Origin: Octopus bimaculoides
Taxonomy: Eukaryota
Length of the DNA: 36,644 nt
Assembly: GCF_001194135.2 (NCBI RefSeq)
Contig: NC_068987.1
Location: 100,966,988 to 101,003,631 of the forward strand
Reading direction: 5' to 3'
The notes beneath the pieces were generated by a model that made no database searches, was not told the DNA's origin, and saw only the letters and a list, made by a program, of their open reading frames with translations. Made by a program: the position numbers and the translations under genes. This document shows positions 1 through 11,801 of the stretch, one piece after another (the stretch's first letter is position 1; every line of letters starts with the position of its first letter).

Positions 1-75
1 ACTTGTTCTCCATTCATCTGTTCAAGATTAGTGACGATAAGCATTTTATAAAATGCATATTCAAACACTCCTGAC

Positions 76-95
76 GTGTGTGTGTGTGTGTGTGT

Positions 96-136
<41 letters not shown>
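76..136. repeat. compound (GT)n-(GA)n microsatellite
   Basis: Directly visible GT run followed by a GA run. Confidence 0.95.
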
Positions 137-138
<2 letters not shown>

Positions 139-622
139 AATGTGTTCGTCTCTGTGTGTCTGTGTGTGCACTAAGTGTTTTGGTTTCGTGTGTCTTTGAA
201 TGTCAATGGTTTAAGCTACTGTTTTCTTAATTTTCTTTTATGATCAAAGGCCATTCCCTTTCCTATTCAGACATATGTCCGAAGTTAAACGATTTAATAC
301 AGCTATTTTATTTTTGTAGCATGTCAAAATAATGTCCAAAGCTTCTCCATTGATTACATCGATTTCAACGTGCTGAGTATTTCCATCAGAATACTTCGGT
401 ATGAAATTTTGTAAATAGAATTACAAGCCGTCACCGTATATTGACTTTAGTCGATATACTTTGGAGGCTTATAATTCTATTTACAAAATTTCACACGCCA
501 CTGTTTCCAAATTCACGCATAATTCGTACATGTTTACTTCAGTATGTTAAAATAAGTTCTGTACTTTCAGTGGTCAATGGCGATCCATGTACACCGATCG
601 ATTCACTTTAAACTCTTTGGTT

Positions 623-624
<2 letters not shown>

Positions 625-683
<59 letters not shown>

Positions 684-754
684 TGATAATAATAATAATA
701 ATTATTATTATTATTATTATTATTATNNNNNNNNNNATTTCTTTTAGAGAAACG

Positions 755-797
<43 letters not shown>

Positions 798-810
798 GTT
801 GTTGTTGTTG
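625..810. repeat. (AAT)n / (ATT)n / (GTT)n trinucleotide array with internal inversion
   Basis: AAT run to about 701 flips to ATT, then a 10-N gap (727-736), a short spacer, more TAT and finally GTT. Confidence 0.95.
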
Positions 811-2101
811 AGTAACCGTTTGCTTCTACATAAAACGTGTAGAAGTCGTAGGAGAAGAATAGAAACATCAAGTGGAATTTTACTTTTGTTAAATGACCTG
901 AAAGGTTTCTGATCCCTTAAATAGATCACCCCAATCATTAAACTTAGATTCAGTGACATTACTGTTTCCGACCTATGATGAACTTCCTAACATATAACAT
1001 TCAATTGAGTAAGCAATTTGATGTTGTCTAACTGACGAAACTGACAAAGCCGAAGCCTAATTAAATCCAAATATTGCAGTCGGCATTCGTTCTCGTTAGA
1101 AGGAATAGAATTGCTGATTGCACGAATCATTTCAATCTTAGCATCTTGGGAATGTTTACTGTAATATTTTCATTGATTCAGTAGACACAAGGTTAAAGTA
1201 GCAAGAGCATATTTTCAGAGCTTGCTAAATTCCTTATGTATGTTCTGTAGTTTTATGAAATATATATTTCTTATTAAAATTATATTGTATTTCTGAGCTA
1301 TTAACTTCGACTTGGGGGTGTCTATTTCAAGATTTTAAAAGCATGGTTATTAAATACCTTAATCATATATACGAACCCGGCTCCAATTGGATTAGTAACT
1401 TATTGCAAGAATGCTGTTACAATTTTCTGTTTCAAATCTAGTGGACATCATGAAATAGGGCTTTGCATGACAACTGTAATAAAAAGTTGTAAATATAATC
1501 CTAATGCATTATTATTGATAGAACTGAAAATAATTTTCTTACTAAAGCCCTCAATTCATCCCAGATATCCTGATATGTCATCTTCTCTGACAACCAGACG
1601 TGAAAACCTTTCATCTATTATTTAACGACTGTGTCCGGATATGAAATTTCTTGGAGAATTGTATAACAGCTCTTGTTGACATGTTACTGGGATTTCAATA
1701 TTATGAGAATTTTTTTTAGTTCCAGAGTAAGTTAATCGATATAGGGTTAATGGGCACATTGATATAAGCCAAAGGAATTAAATGTGTTTCTAAACCTATA
1801 TAAATGCAAAAGTTGTTTGTATGGGATTTTCAGCATTTGGGATAAATAGGGGTTTCGACAGCAGTTCTAGATGCATGTCATAGATTGTGATGCAAAATCT
1901 GGGAAGGTAAGGTATACACGCGTGCACACATACACACATGCATATATATACACGCGCACACACATGCATGTAAATGCATTTATAAATGGGGATTAAAAAA
2001 TTGCAGTAAAGTTCGTTCGAAAGTACAGCTACGTTGAGGTGGCTACGAATATTACTACTGCGCTGATCTCTTAGAGAGATTTTAGAACTAGCATTTTTGC
2101 T

Positions 2102-2102
2102 C

Positions 2103-2146
<44 letters not shown>

Positions 2147-2217
2147 GTGTATGTATGTATGTATGTATGTATGTATGTATGTATGTATGTATGTATGTGT
2201 CTATATATATATATATA
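2102..2217. repeat. compound (TA)/(TG)/(TATG)n microsatellite
   Basis: Directly visible; runs into a gap. Confidence 0.95.
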
Positions 2218-3304
2218 NNNNNNNNNNNNNNNNNNNNNNNNNNNNNNNNNNNNNNNNNNNNNNNNNNNNNNNNNNNNNNNNNNNNNNNNNNNNNNNNNNN
2301 NNNNNNNNNNNNNNNNNNNNNNNNNNNNNNNNNNNNNNNNNNNNNNNNNNNNNNNNNNNNNNNNNNNNNNNNNNNNNNNNNNNNNNNNNNNNNNNNNNNN
2401 NNNNNNNNNNNNNNNNNNNNNNNNNNNNNNNNNNNNNNNNNNNNNNNNNNNNNNNNNNNNNNNNNNNNNNNNNNATATATACATACATATATATATATAT
2501 ATACATGTACGTATAGATGTTCATATCTGTGTGCATGTAGATACGAATATATGTACGTACGTATCTTTGTATATATACCACTATATTTGAACTTTATATA
2601 TGGAGTTGTGTTAACGTCCATTTGAACAGCATCAGTTAATTCAATACGATAGAATTAAGTATATATGCATACATACACACGCAACACAGACAAGCACGCA
2701 AACACATGTATGTATGTATGTGTGCATGGACATTAACAAACTAATTTGTGTTAACTGGGGAACGAAAAAAAGATGATAATCTTTCTTTAGAAACAGGCTG
2801 CTTTTTGTTCAGTTGCACTTACGACCCTAACAGAATAAATGATTATTTTTTGCAATTAAAAATTCACGGTTATGACTAAATGTATTACATGAGGTCTCTC
2901 TTTGGATAAATACTAAGTGTCTTTATATTGCTTTGTTCCTGTGCCTCGTTTTGCAGTGTTTAAACTTTAATTGCATCTCACATCCATTCGCAAAGATACA
3001 TTTTCAAAGTAATACATAGCTGCGTATACAGAAAAATGTGTGTGGGTGTGGGTACGTGCGTGTGAGTGTGCGTTTATGTGTGTGTATATGTGTTAAAGTG
3101 GGGAAGTGAGACTGCGGAAGGGAGAATATTTAATAATGGTAAAACAATTTAACTATTTTCATTCCCCTCCCAATTATTTCCTTTCACTCTCTTTCTCTCA
3201 TTTTCTCTCTCTATCTATCTATCTCTTGCTTCCTTCTATTCATATTACACATACACTGTCTTTCTGGTGCATCACATAGATATAGACAATTTGTTACATA
3301 GGTG

Positions 3305-3317
3305 GACAGACAGACAA

Positions 3318-3381
<64 letters not shown>

Positions 3382-3428
3382 GTAGGTAGGTAGGTAGGCA
3401 GGTAGGTAGGTAGGCAGGTAGGTAGGTA
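3305..3428. repeat. tetranucleotide array (GACA)->(GATA)n->(GGTA/GGCA)n
   Basis: Directly visible change of unit along the array. Confidence 0.95.
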
Positions 3429-3618
3429 GAACAAGACAAATTCTGAGAGCGATACTTTGTGTTAGTGTACCACTTTTATGCGTACAGGAAATGTATCCGT
3501 ATATCTATACGATTACTCATAGTTCATATGCATATATGTGTGTTTGCGTGTGTACACGCACACACATTAACACACACACACACACGCACACACCCCTTTA
3601 CACACTCACACATGCAAA

Positions 3619-4873
3619 TACGTTGGTGAGCTGAACATGTCATAGGTTGATTATGAAGCATTAACGCTTGCGCTGTGACATCTTGCATGGATTAATTTCA
3701 AACCGTCTCATTAATTATGGCATTGTTTGTTTCCGGGTAAACTGACATCCGACTGTTCAAAGAAGATTTCAAAGGTAAATAACAGCAACTTCTCTTCAAA
3801 ATGGACAAAATTTGGCATCGTGGTGTTATCAAATGCCCATAAGAGCATTCATGGTTGCATGGTTGCTACATTATAGGATGATTTCTCTGTCTTAGCAATA
3901 GTGCATAGTGTGCAGCTGGATTTAGGAGGAGATTGAAAGTCATGAAGATGACCAAGGTCTGGATGTCCTGCAACTCTCACCACCAAGTAAACTATTGTAC
4001 CCTTTCACCACAAGGTGAGGGATGACAGTCGGTTAATTATAAATCAATTAACAAATGTCATTAGTATATACTCTGAAAGAGGTGAGAATATTCTGCTCCA
4101 TGAACTTGGCCTGACGAAGATGTCTGTTCGGTTATTACCACGTCTTCTGACACCTGATCATAAGTGCACCAGGTAGATGACATGACGGGGAAATTTGACT
4201 ACGTTTGAGGCAGATTCTGTTGGTTTCCTTGAGCGATCCAGAAGCTATTGTGTGTGTAGGGTTCATCACTTTGAGGTAAAAACAAAGAGACAATTCATGC
4301 AATGGAAACACTCCTCCTCAGAGAAGATCAAAATCGTTTCATATGCAGGGAAGTTAATGGCCACAATTTTTTGCTGAAAGCATTGTGTTTGTTGACTATC
4401 TTCAAAATGCCTACACAATCAATGGAGCGTACTGTGCCAGCTTGTTGAGGCAGTTACGAAAAGCTATGAAGACCAAACGCTCAAGGAAGCAGATGAAGTG
4501 GTCTTGTTCTATTAGGACAAGCCCTCAGCAAACACGTTCTTAGTTTCAATGAATGCTCTGTATGTTTGTGGCTTTACATTGGTTGATCAGACTCCCACTT
4601 CTCCTGATATGAACACATGTGACTATCCTCTAATTCTCAAGATCAAAAAACACTTGGCTGGGAATATGTATCGTAGTGATCATAAAGCCATAGTTAGTGA
4701 ATTTTTTTTTAACATGTTGAATGCTTGTTCACCAAAGGGATCCAAGCACTGCAACAATAATTAAAGAATCGTGAGGACTGCAGGAACAATCATGTTAAAA
4801 AAAGTAAACCTCATTTGGTCACGTCCCATCAGAGTTTCTGTTCAGTCTATGAACTTTTCAGTTGACTTACGTA
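3619..4873 (+). mobile_element. full-length degenerate mariner (Tc1/mariner, DD34D type, irritans-like) DNA transposon
   Basis: TA-flanked imperfect TIRs at 3621-3645 and 4847-4871 (18/25 match by hand count) enclose about 1.25 kb of transposase remnants, the canonical mariner size. Confidence 0.92.
3801..4806 (+). pseudogene. mariner transposase pseudogene (frameshifts and stops)
   Basis: Starts MDKIWHRGVIK. Motif relics: EDD-RSG-PAT; ELGLTKMSVRLLPRLLTPDHK (WVPRLL); HHFE-TKRQ-MQWKH; AGKLMATIF; IVFVDYLQ-TINGAYCASLLRQLRKA; VLFY*DK (HQDN); QTPTSPDMNTCDY (HPPYSPDLAPSDY). Confidence 0.92.
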
Positions 4874-4981
4874 TATGACTGCATTTGTACGTGTGTATGG
4901 GTTTCCTTCTTTTGCACATATATGTGTATATGTAACTGTGTATGTGCGTATACACACACACACACACATACACGCACTTAT

Positions 4982-5005
4982 AGACAGACAGACAGACAGA
5001 CAGAC

Positions 5006-5070
<65 letters not shown>
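4982..5070. repeat. (GACA)n->(GATA)n microsatellite
   Basis: Directly visible. Confidence 0.95.
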
Positions 5071-5071
<1 letters not shown>

Positions 5072-5213
5072 ATTGGTCTTCAGACTGGCAAGAAGGGATA
5101 AACATCCCTCTGTGATTCATCCACTGATACAGTATTGCCTGAAGAAATTACTCAATGATGATGATCAACTGGATGCCCACGGATAATACGGAGTCATCCC
5201 AAGGATACGAACT

Positions 5214-5245
5214 CTGTTAATGTGTGATTTGTAGAAACGCGCGTA
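5214..5245 (+). other. possible decayed Penelope-type hammerhead remnant
   Basis: GAAACGCGCGTA (5234-5245) reads as GAAA, palindrome ACGCGCGT, GUA triplet. The upstream core is degraded (CTGTTAA) and there is no clear stem I or II. Confidence 0.25.
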
Positions 5246-5456
5246 GCGATGTATTAAATATGTATAAATTTCGTCCTAGAATTATTGTTATTATTATATC
5301 TATCCGACATTATATCAGTATAGCAATGATTCAACCCTGAAAACCTGACTCACTAGTCAGAAAGATTTGGCGGTAGCTGATATAATAAAATAGGAGATTT
5401 ATTTGCATACTCTTAACGAATTTAAAAGATATATCGATATATAAGTGTCTATATAT

Positions 5457-5582
<126 letters not shown>

Positions 5583-6277
5583 ATGTGTGTGTGGAGAATG
5601 AGAGTGGGAGAGAGAGAGAGCCAGCATGTATTCAACCTGCTATTGTACTAGTCGTAATTTCAGAATCTAGTTAGAGTACATTAGGCCGCTAACTTCACAG
5701 ATTTACGCCATTTTGGCAAAATTTCCATATCTGTTCTTTTCCTCACAGTCTTTCTCTCTAGATTTTAGATTCTATGACATTTTTGTCTCCTTTGGTTTTT
5801 TCCCTGACTAATTCCTTATTGCCAATGTATATAGGGATTCATTAAGCGCCTATGGATACACATACAAACAAACACACACACATAAGCATATGTATATATA
5901 TATATATATATATNNNNNNNNNNNNNNNNNNNNNNNNNNNNNNNNNNNNNNNNNNNNNNNNNNNNNNNNNNNNNNNNNNNNNNNNNNNNNNNNNNNNNNN
6001 NNNNNNNNNNNNNNNNNNNNNNNNNNNNNNNNNNNNNNNNNNNNNNNNNNNNNNNNNNNNNNNNNNNNNNNNNNNNNNNNNNNNNNNNNNNNNNNNNNNN
6101 NNNNNNNNNNNNNNNNNNNNNNNNNNNNNNNNNNNNNNNNNNNNNNNNNNNNNNNNNNNNNNNNNNNNNNNNNNNNNNNNNNNNNNNNNNNNNNNNNNNN
6201 NNNNNNNNNNNNNNNNNNNNNNNNNNNNNNNNNNNNNNNNNNNNNNNNNNNNNNNNNNNNNNNNNNNNNNNNNNNNN

Positions 6278-6459
6278 AAGTAGTTGGTCAGTTGTAGTGT
6301 GTGCGTGGTGTGATGCGAGGGTATTGGTGTGGTGTGATGTGAGGGTGTTGGGAGGTGGGGAAGGCATGGGTGGTGTGTGGGTTAGGCTGAGGGTGAGGTA
6401 GAGGTAGGGGTCTGTGGGTAGGGTGGTGTATGTGGGTAGGGGTGGGTGGTGGGTGTAAG
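6278..6459 (+). other. G/T-rich low-complexity tract with many GGG runs (potential G-quadruplex)
   Basis: More than ten GGG/GGGG runs with short spacers and almost no C on the + strand. Confidence 0.6.
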
Positions 6460-7580
6460 GAATATATATATATACAAAATCATCTTAACTTGCATACTGG
6501 GAATGACTTATATCCGTTTATCTCTATGCTCCATTCACGATGGTTTAGTCGGCCTAAGTTTATCGTAAAAACGAATTGTGAATGTGTCACGCTGTGGTAT
6601 CGAACCATGTGGTAAGGAATAATCTAGTTAGCACATAGCTACCCCCACCTCTGCCCCTACAAACACACACACAAATACATCCATGCATGCATACATGCAT
6701 TCATAATACATACATGCATATATATATATATATATATATATANNNNNNNNNNNNNNNNNNNNNNNNNNNNNNNNNNNNNNNNNNNNNNNNNNNNNNNNNN
6801 NNNNNNNNNNNNNNNNNNNNNNNNNNNNNNNNNNNNNNNNNNNNNNNNNNNNNNNNNNNNNNNNNNNNNNNNNNNNNNNNNNNNNNNNNNNNNNNNNNNN
6901 NNNNNNNNNNNNNNNNNNNNNNNNNNNNNNNNNNNNNNNNNNNNNNNNNNNNNNNNNNNNNNNNNNNNNNNNNNNNNNNNNNNNNNNNNNNNNNNNNNNN
7001 NNNNNNNNNNNNNNNNNNNNNNNNNNNNNNNNNNNNNNNNNNNNNNNNNNNNNNNNNNNNNNNNNNNNNNNNNNNNNNNNNNNNNNNNNNNNNNNNNNNN
7101 NNNNNNNNNNNNNNNNNACGCGTGTGTATGTATTTTTCTGTCTGTATATGTTTGAGTTTTGAGTGCGTGCATTTCTGTATTTGTGAGTGTGGGTGTATGT
7201 GTTTTAGCTTCTGAGTGTTGATGTGTGTTTATCTGAAGGGAAAAACATTGTTTAAAATCTCATGGTATATTTTATGTCAACGTTCAACATTATATTACAG
7301 CTATTTATCCACACGAGACTAGATCGAACTTCTCATTTTCCATCGCTTCATTTATCTAGCTGCATTAATCTTTTGATCACGTTGCGGTCAGATGAAATAG
7401 TAGTGGCTTACTTCAAGTGGTACTGGAGTGGTGTTGAGGACAGGAGTATCACAATGGTTATGGAATTTAATTGTCTGGAACAAGCTGATGGTTTGATCTT
7501 CAACTTCGTATCATCTTCCCTACGTCACATAAATATCTGAAAGAAAATCTTGTATTAGCTGTCGTAAAGACAACTAAGTA

Positions 7581-7910
7581 ACTGGCTGACACTGCGTCGG
7601 TTACAATGACGAGGTTTCCAGTTGATCCGATCAACGGAAAAGCCTGCTCTTGAAATTAAATTTCAAGTGACTGGGCACTTCACAGACGCGTTTACCCTTA
7701 ATGCAATTCTCAGGGCGATTCAGCTTGACACAATATGTGACAAGACTTGCCCCTTGAAATACAGGTACTACTCATTTTTGCCACCTGGGTGGATTGGAGC
7801 AACGTCAAATAAAGTACCTTGCTCAAGGAAACTACGCACCGTCGGGAATTGAATGCAGGACCTTACGATCGTTAGCCTAATACCCTAACCACTATGCCAT
7901 GTGCCTTCAC
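7581..7910 (-). mobile_element. tRNA-derived SINE (family S3, CORE-like centre), near full length
   Basis: Minus strand starts GTGAAGGCACATGGCATAGTGGTTAGGG, with A-box TGGCATAGTGG at 7899-7889 and B-box-like TTCAATTCCC. It continues with CCTTGAGCAAGGTACTTTATTT...GGCAAAAATGAG, which resembles the MIR/CORE domain. Confidence 0.85.
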
Positions 7911-8329
7911 CAAGAAGACTACACATGTAAACCAACCAAAATTGTGCACTTCAGCTCAACCTCTGCCTTCAGATCTGAACACATTCGCCTCTTCATAAAT
8001 TGAAAAAAGATGTTGGCATGAGATTACAATTTAGAGTGTGTAGAGGGCCTTTAATCTGTTGGTAATGATGCTGTGCGAGTTCGATATCCTACTTTGGAGA
8101 CACGGCCGAACATCTGTACTTATTTTATGGAATCATTACAATTACCTTAATTTCTCTCGTCACCTGATCTATTATTACAATAATTATACCTGCCCCTCGT
8201 GTTGTTAAAATCTGTACCAGACTTGTTAACACAAACATCATTGTAAACTCCCAAAATCTACCACTAGCTTTTCATGACCGAGCCACACCATATGTACGTA
8301 GTTCAGTTTTTTACCCATATACATATACA

Positions 8330-8389
8330 TAAACACACACACACACATCTATATACATACATACATTCATGCATACACACACAAGCACG

Positions 8390-8435
<46 letters not shown>

Positions 8436-9298
8436 NNNNNNNNNNNNNNNNNNNNNNNNNNNNNNNNNNNNNNNNNNNNNNNNNNNNNNNNNNNNNNNNN
8501 NNNNNNNNNNNNNNNNNNNNNNNNNNNNNNNNNNNNNNNNNNNNNNNNNNNNNNNNNNNNNNNNNNNNNNNNNNNNNNNNNNNNNNNNNNNNNNNNNNNN
8601 NNNNNNNNNNNNNNNNNNNNNNNNNNNNNNNNNNNNNNNNNNNNNNNNNNNNNNNNNNNNNNNNNNNNNNNNNNNNNNNNNNNNNNNNNNNNNNNNNNNN
8701 NNNNNNNNNNNNNNNNNNNNNNNNNNNNNNNNNNNNNNNNNNNNNNNNNNNNNNNNNNNNNNNNNNNNNNNNNNNNNNNNNNNNNNNNNNNNNNNNNNNN
8801 NNNNNNNNNNNNNNNNNNNNNNNNNNNNNNNNNNNNNNNNNNNNNNNNNNNNNNNNNNNNNNNNNNNNNNNNNNNNNNNNNNNNNNNNNNNNNNNNNNNN
8901 NNNNNNNNNNNNNNNNNNNNNNNNNNNNNNNNNNNNNNNNNNNNNNNNNNNNNNNNNNNNNNNNNNNNNNNNNNNNNNNNNNNNNNNNNNNNNNNNNNNN
9001 NNNNNNNNNNNNNNNNNNNNNNNNNNNNNNNNNNNNNNNNNNNNNNNNNNNNNNNNNNNNNNNNNNNNNNNNNNNNNNNNNNNNNNNNNNNNNNNNNNNN
9101 NNNNNNNNNNNNNNNNNNNNNNNNNNNNNNNNNNNNNNNNNNNNNNNNNNNNNNNNNNNNNNNNNNNNNNNNNNNNNNNNNNNNNNNNNNNNNNNNNNNN
9201 NNNNNNNNNNNNNNNNNNNNNNNNNNNNNNNNNNNNNNNNNNNNNNNNNNNNNNNNNNNNNNNNNNNNNNNNNNNNNNNNNNNNNNNNNNNNNNNNNN

Positions 9299-9337
<39 letters not shown>
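8330..9337. repeat. (CA)n and (TG)n tracts flanking an 863-N gap
   Basis: Directly visible. Confidence 0.9.
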
Positions 9338-9339
<2 letters not shown>

Positions 9340-9601
9340 ATTCAAATACACACGAGTTAGCACATGAATGTAAAACGAGATGGAAAAATAGTATTCGAAG
9401 ATGTGCTTTTTCATTAAAGCTGCAAAACATCACAAAAAATTGCTATTCCGAGTTTCACGCTTCCGTTCGTCGAGCAGTTGTGATCAAGGACTTTTGACAT
9501 CAAATACTCGACGGACGGGAACATGATACTCGGAGTAGCAATTGTTTGTGATGCTTTTTCAGCTTTAATAAATAAATATCATATATCTATATATAGAGAG
9601 T

Positions 9602-9602
<1 letters not shown>

Positions 9603-9675
<73 letters not shown>
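9603..9675. repeat. (GATA)n array 1
   Basis: Directly visible. Confidence 0.97.
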
Positions 9676-9785
9676 CAATGTAGAGCTTTTCTTTTTGGGA
9701 GGAGGAAGGAAGAAAAAAAAAGGGTGGTGTCGATCAAAATGGATCGTAGGAAAGGAAAAAGAGGGAGTTCGATCAAAAGGGATCG

Positions 9786-9786
<1 letters not shown>
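9676..9786 (-). mobile_element. short 3'-UTR fragment of the same LINE family as 9844-11071
   Basis: TACAATGTAGAGCTTTTCTTTTT nearly matches TACAAATGTAGAGTTTTTCTTTT at 9888-9910. Flanked by GATA arrays; contains two CGATC-N6-GATCG hairpins. Confidence 0.7.

Positions 9787-9843
<57 letters not shown>
9786..9843. repeat. (GATA)n array 2 ((TATC)n tail of the LINE on the minus strand)
   Basis: Directly visible. Confidence 0.97.
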
Positions 9844-11071
9844 GTTTCTTTATTAGCCACACAGGGCTCAACACAGAGTGGACAAAATACAAATGTAGAG
9901 TTTTTCTTTTCGAGGGGGTCGAAAACAAAGCNNNNNNNNNNNNNNNNNNNNNNNNNNNNNNNNNNNNNNNNNNNNNNNNNNNNNNNNNNNNNNNNNNNNN
10001 NNNNNNNNNNNNNNNNNNNNNNNNNNNNNNNNNNNNNNNNNNNNNNNNNNNNNNNNNNNNNNNNNNNNNNNNNNNNNNNNNNNNNNNNNNNNNNNNNNNN
10101 NNNNNNNNNNNNNNNNNNNNNNNNNNNNNNNNNNNNNNNNNNNNNNNNNNNNNNNNNNNNNNNNNNNNNNNNNNNNNNNNNNNNNNNNNNNNNNNNNNNN
10201 NNNNNNNNNNNNNNNNNNNNNNNNNNNNNNNNNNNNNNNNNNNNNNNNNNNNNNNNNNNNNNNNNNNNNNNNNNNNNNNNNNNNNNNNNNNNNNNNNNNN
10301 NNNNNNNNNNNNNNNNNNNNNNNNNNNNNNNNNNNNNNNNNNNNNNNNNNNNNNNNNNNNNNNNNNNNNNNNNNNNNNNNNNNNNNNNNNNNNNNNNNNN
10401 NNNNNNNNNNNNNNNNNNNNNNNNNNNNNNNNNNNNNNNNNNNNNNNNNNNNNNNNNNNNNNNNNNNNNNNNNNNNNNNNNNNNNNNNNNNNNNNNNNNN
10501 NNNNNNNNNNNNNNNNNNNNNNNNNNNNNNNNNNNNNNNNNNNNNNNNNNNNNNNNNNNNNNNNNNNNNNNNNNNNNNNNNNNNNNNNNNNNNNNNNNNN
10601 NNNNNNNNNNNNNNNNNNNNNNNNNNNNNNNNNNNNNNNNNNNNNNNNNNNNNNNNNNNNNNNNNNNNNNNNNNNNNNNNNNNNNNNNNNNNNNNNNNNN
10701 NNNNNNNNNNNNNNNNNNNNNNNNNNNNNNNNNNNNNNNNNNNNNNNNNNNNNNNNNNNNNNNNNNNNNNNNNNNNNNNNNNNNNNNNNNNNNNNNNNNN
10801 NNNNNNNNNNNNNNNNNNNNNNNNNNNNNNNNNNTAATCCCCTATAGAATGACTTCGTTGTGATGCAGCCGCTCAAGGTCGACCCGGGACGGCAAAGTTG
10901 TTGCAGAGCAACGCGAAACTCACGGTGCCATTCGCCATTCCTCGGCCTCTTTTTGATCCACGACTGCAGCTCGGTCATGGAGACGAGCTGCGGGAAAGCG
11001 CGTCGCACAAACGGCGACCACACCTGCTCACCGTCGTCTACGTAGAGCCGGAGATGTCGCAGTCTCAGCGC
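9844..11071 (-). mobile_element. 5'-truncated non-LTR retrotransposon (L1/Tx1-like), middle hidden by a gap
   Basis: GC- and CpG-rich open frame at the 5' end. The 3' end reads ...GGCTAATAAAGAAACC then (TATC)n. GATA arrays lie on both sides. Continuity across the 903-N gap is assumed. Confidence 0.7.

Positions 11072-11072
<1 letters not shown>
10835..11072 (-). pseudogene. LINE ORF2 C-terminal fragment (post-RT region), stop-free
   Basis: About 79 uninterrupted codons: ALRLRHLRLYVDDGEQVWSPFVRRAFPQLVSMTELQSWIKKRPRNGEWHREFRVALQQLCRPGSTLSGCITTKSFYRGL. The TKSFYRGL end resembles the K-x-Y-x-x-L motif before the Cys-rich C-terminus of L1/Tx1 ORF2. Confidence 0.6.

Positions 11073-11135
<63 letters not shown>
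11072..11135. repeat. (GATA)n array 3 (5' flank of the LINE)
   Basis: Directly visible. Confidence 0.97.
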
Positions 11136-11266
11136 CGTTAGCAACAGTCTCCCTGAAACTGTTCCACTTTGTAAACAAAAGAACCGATATAGAATATATT
11201 TCAGAATTCATCAGAATTTTTCGGTCCAATCTAAAACGCATGCGTTTGATTTATGCTCAATGATAA

Positions 11267-11267
<1 letters not shown>

Positions 11268-11335
<68 letters not shown>
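11268..11335. repeat. (CA)n-(GA)n microsatellite
   Basis: Directly visible. Confidence 0.9.
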
Positions 11336-11674
11336 CACACACATTTACTCACAAAGTAACAACCACAAACTCTATATCACCTGAATGTTTCATGTCTCAA
11401 TCGCAGCACAGTATCGGAAACATTTTTATCTGATGTTCAATTAGAGGAGAACATGATATGTGGAATATTTTGCCATTTCGGAAACAACATAGGAGAAACA
11501 GCACAGGAAAAAGCTAAGGATACTAATCTACAACTGATCCAGTTGTCACAAAAGGCGTTGCGATCTCATATTTTGTGTGTATGTATGCACGTGTGTATGT
11601 GTATATATATTTATGTATGTATATTATACTATATATAGAAAGTGGTGGATAAATATATAACAAACTCATACACA

Positions 11675-11723
<49 letters not shown>

Positions 11724-11756
11724 GGATATACATGTGTGTGTAAATAAATATATGTA

Positions 11757-11801
<45 letters not shown>

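Noticed and set aside
1440-1600. Possible second mariner relic (LHDN at about 1463; HPRYPDMSS at about 1556)
   Set aside because: Motif spacing is about 40 codons instead of 34, no TIRs were found and there are no other supporting motifs; it could be chance.
8330-9337. (CA)n ... (TG)n inverted pair as a large hairpin
   Set aside because: The 863 nt between them are unknown N, and such pairs are common by chance in this window.
11234-11247. 14-bp palindrome AAACGCATGCGTTT near CTGATGA/CGAAA motifs
   Set aside because: The boxes are in the wrong order for a hammerhead and there is no other support.
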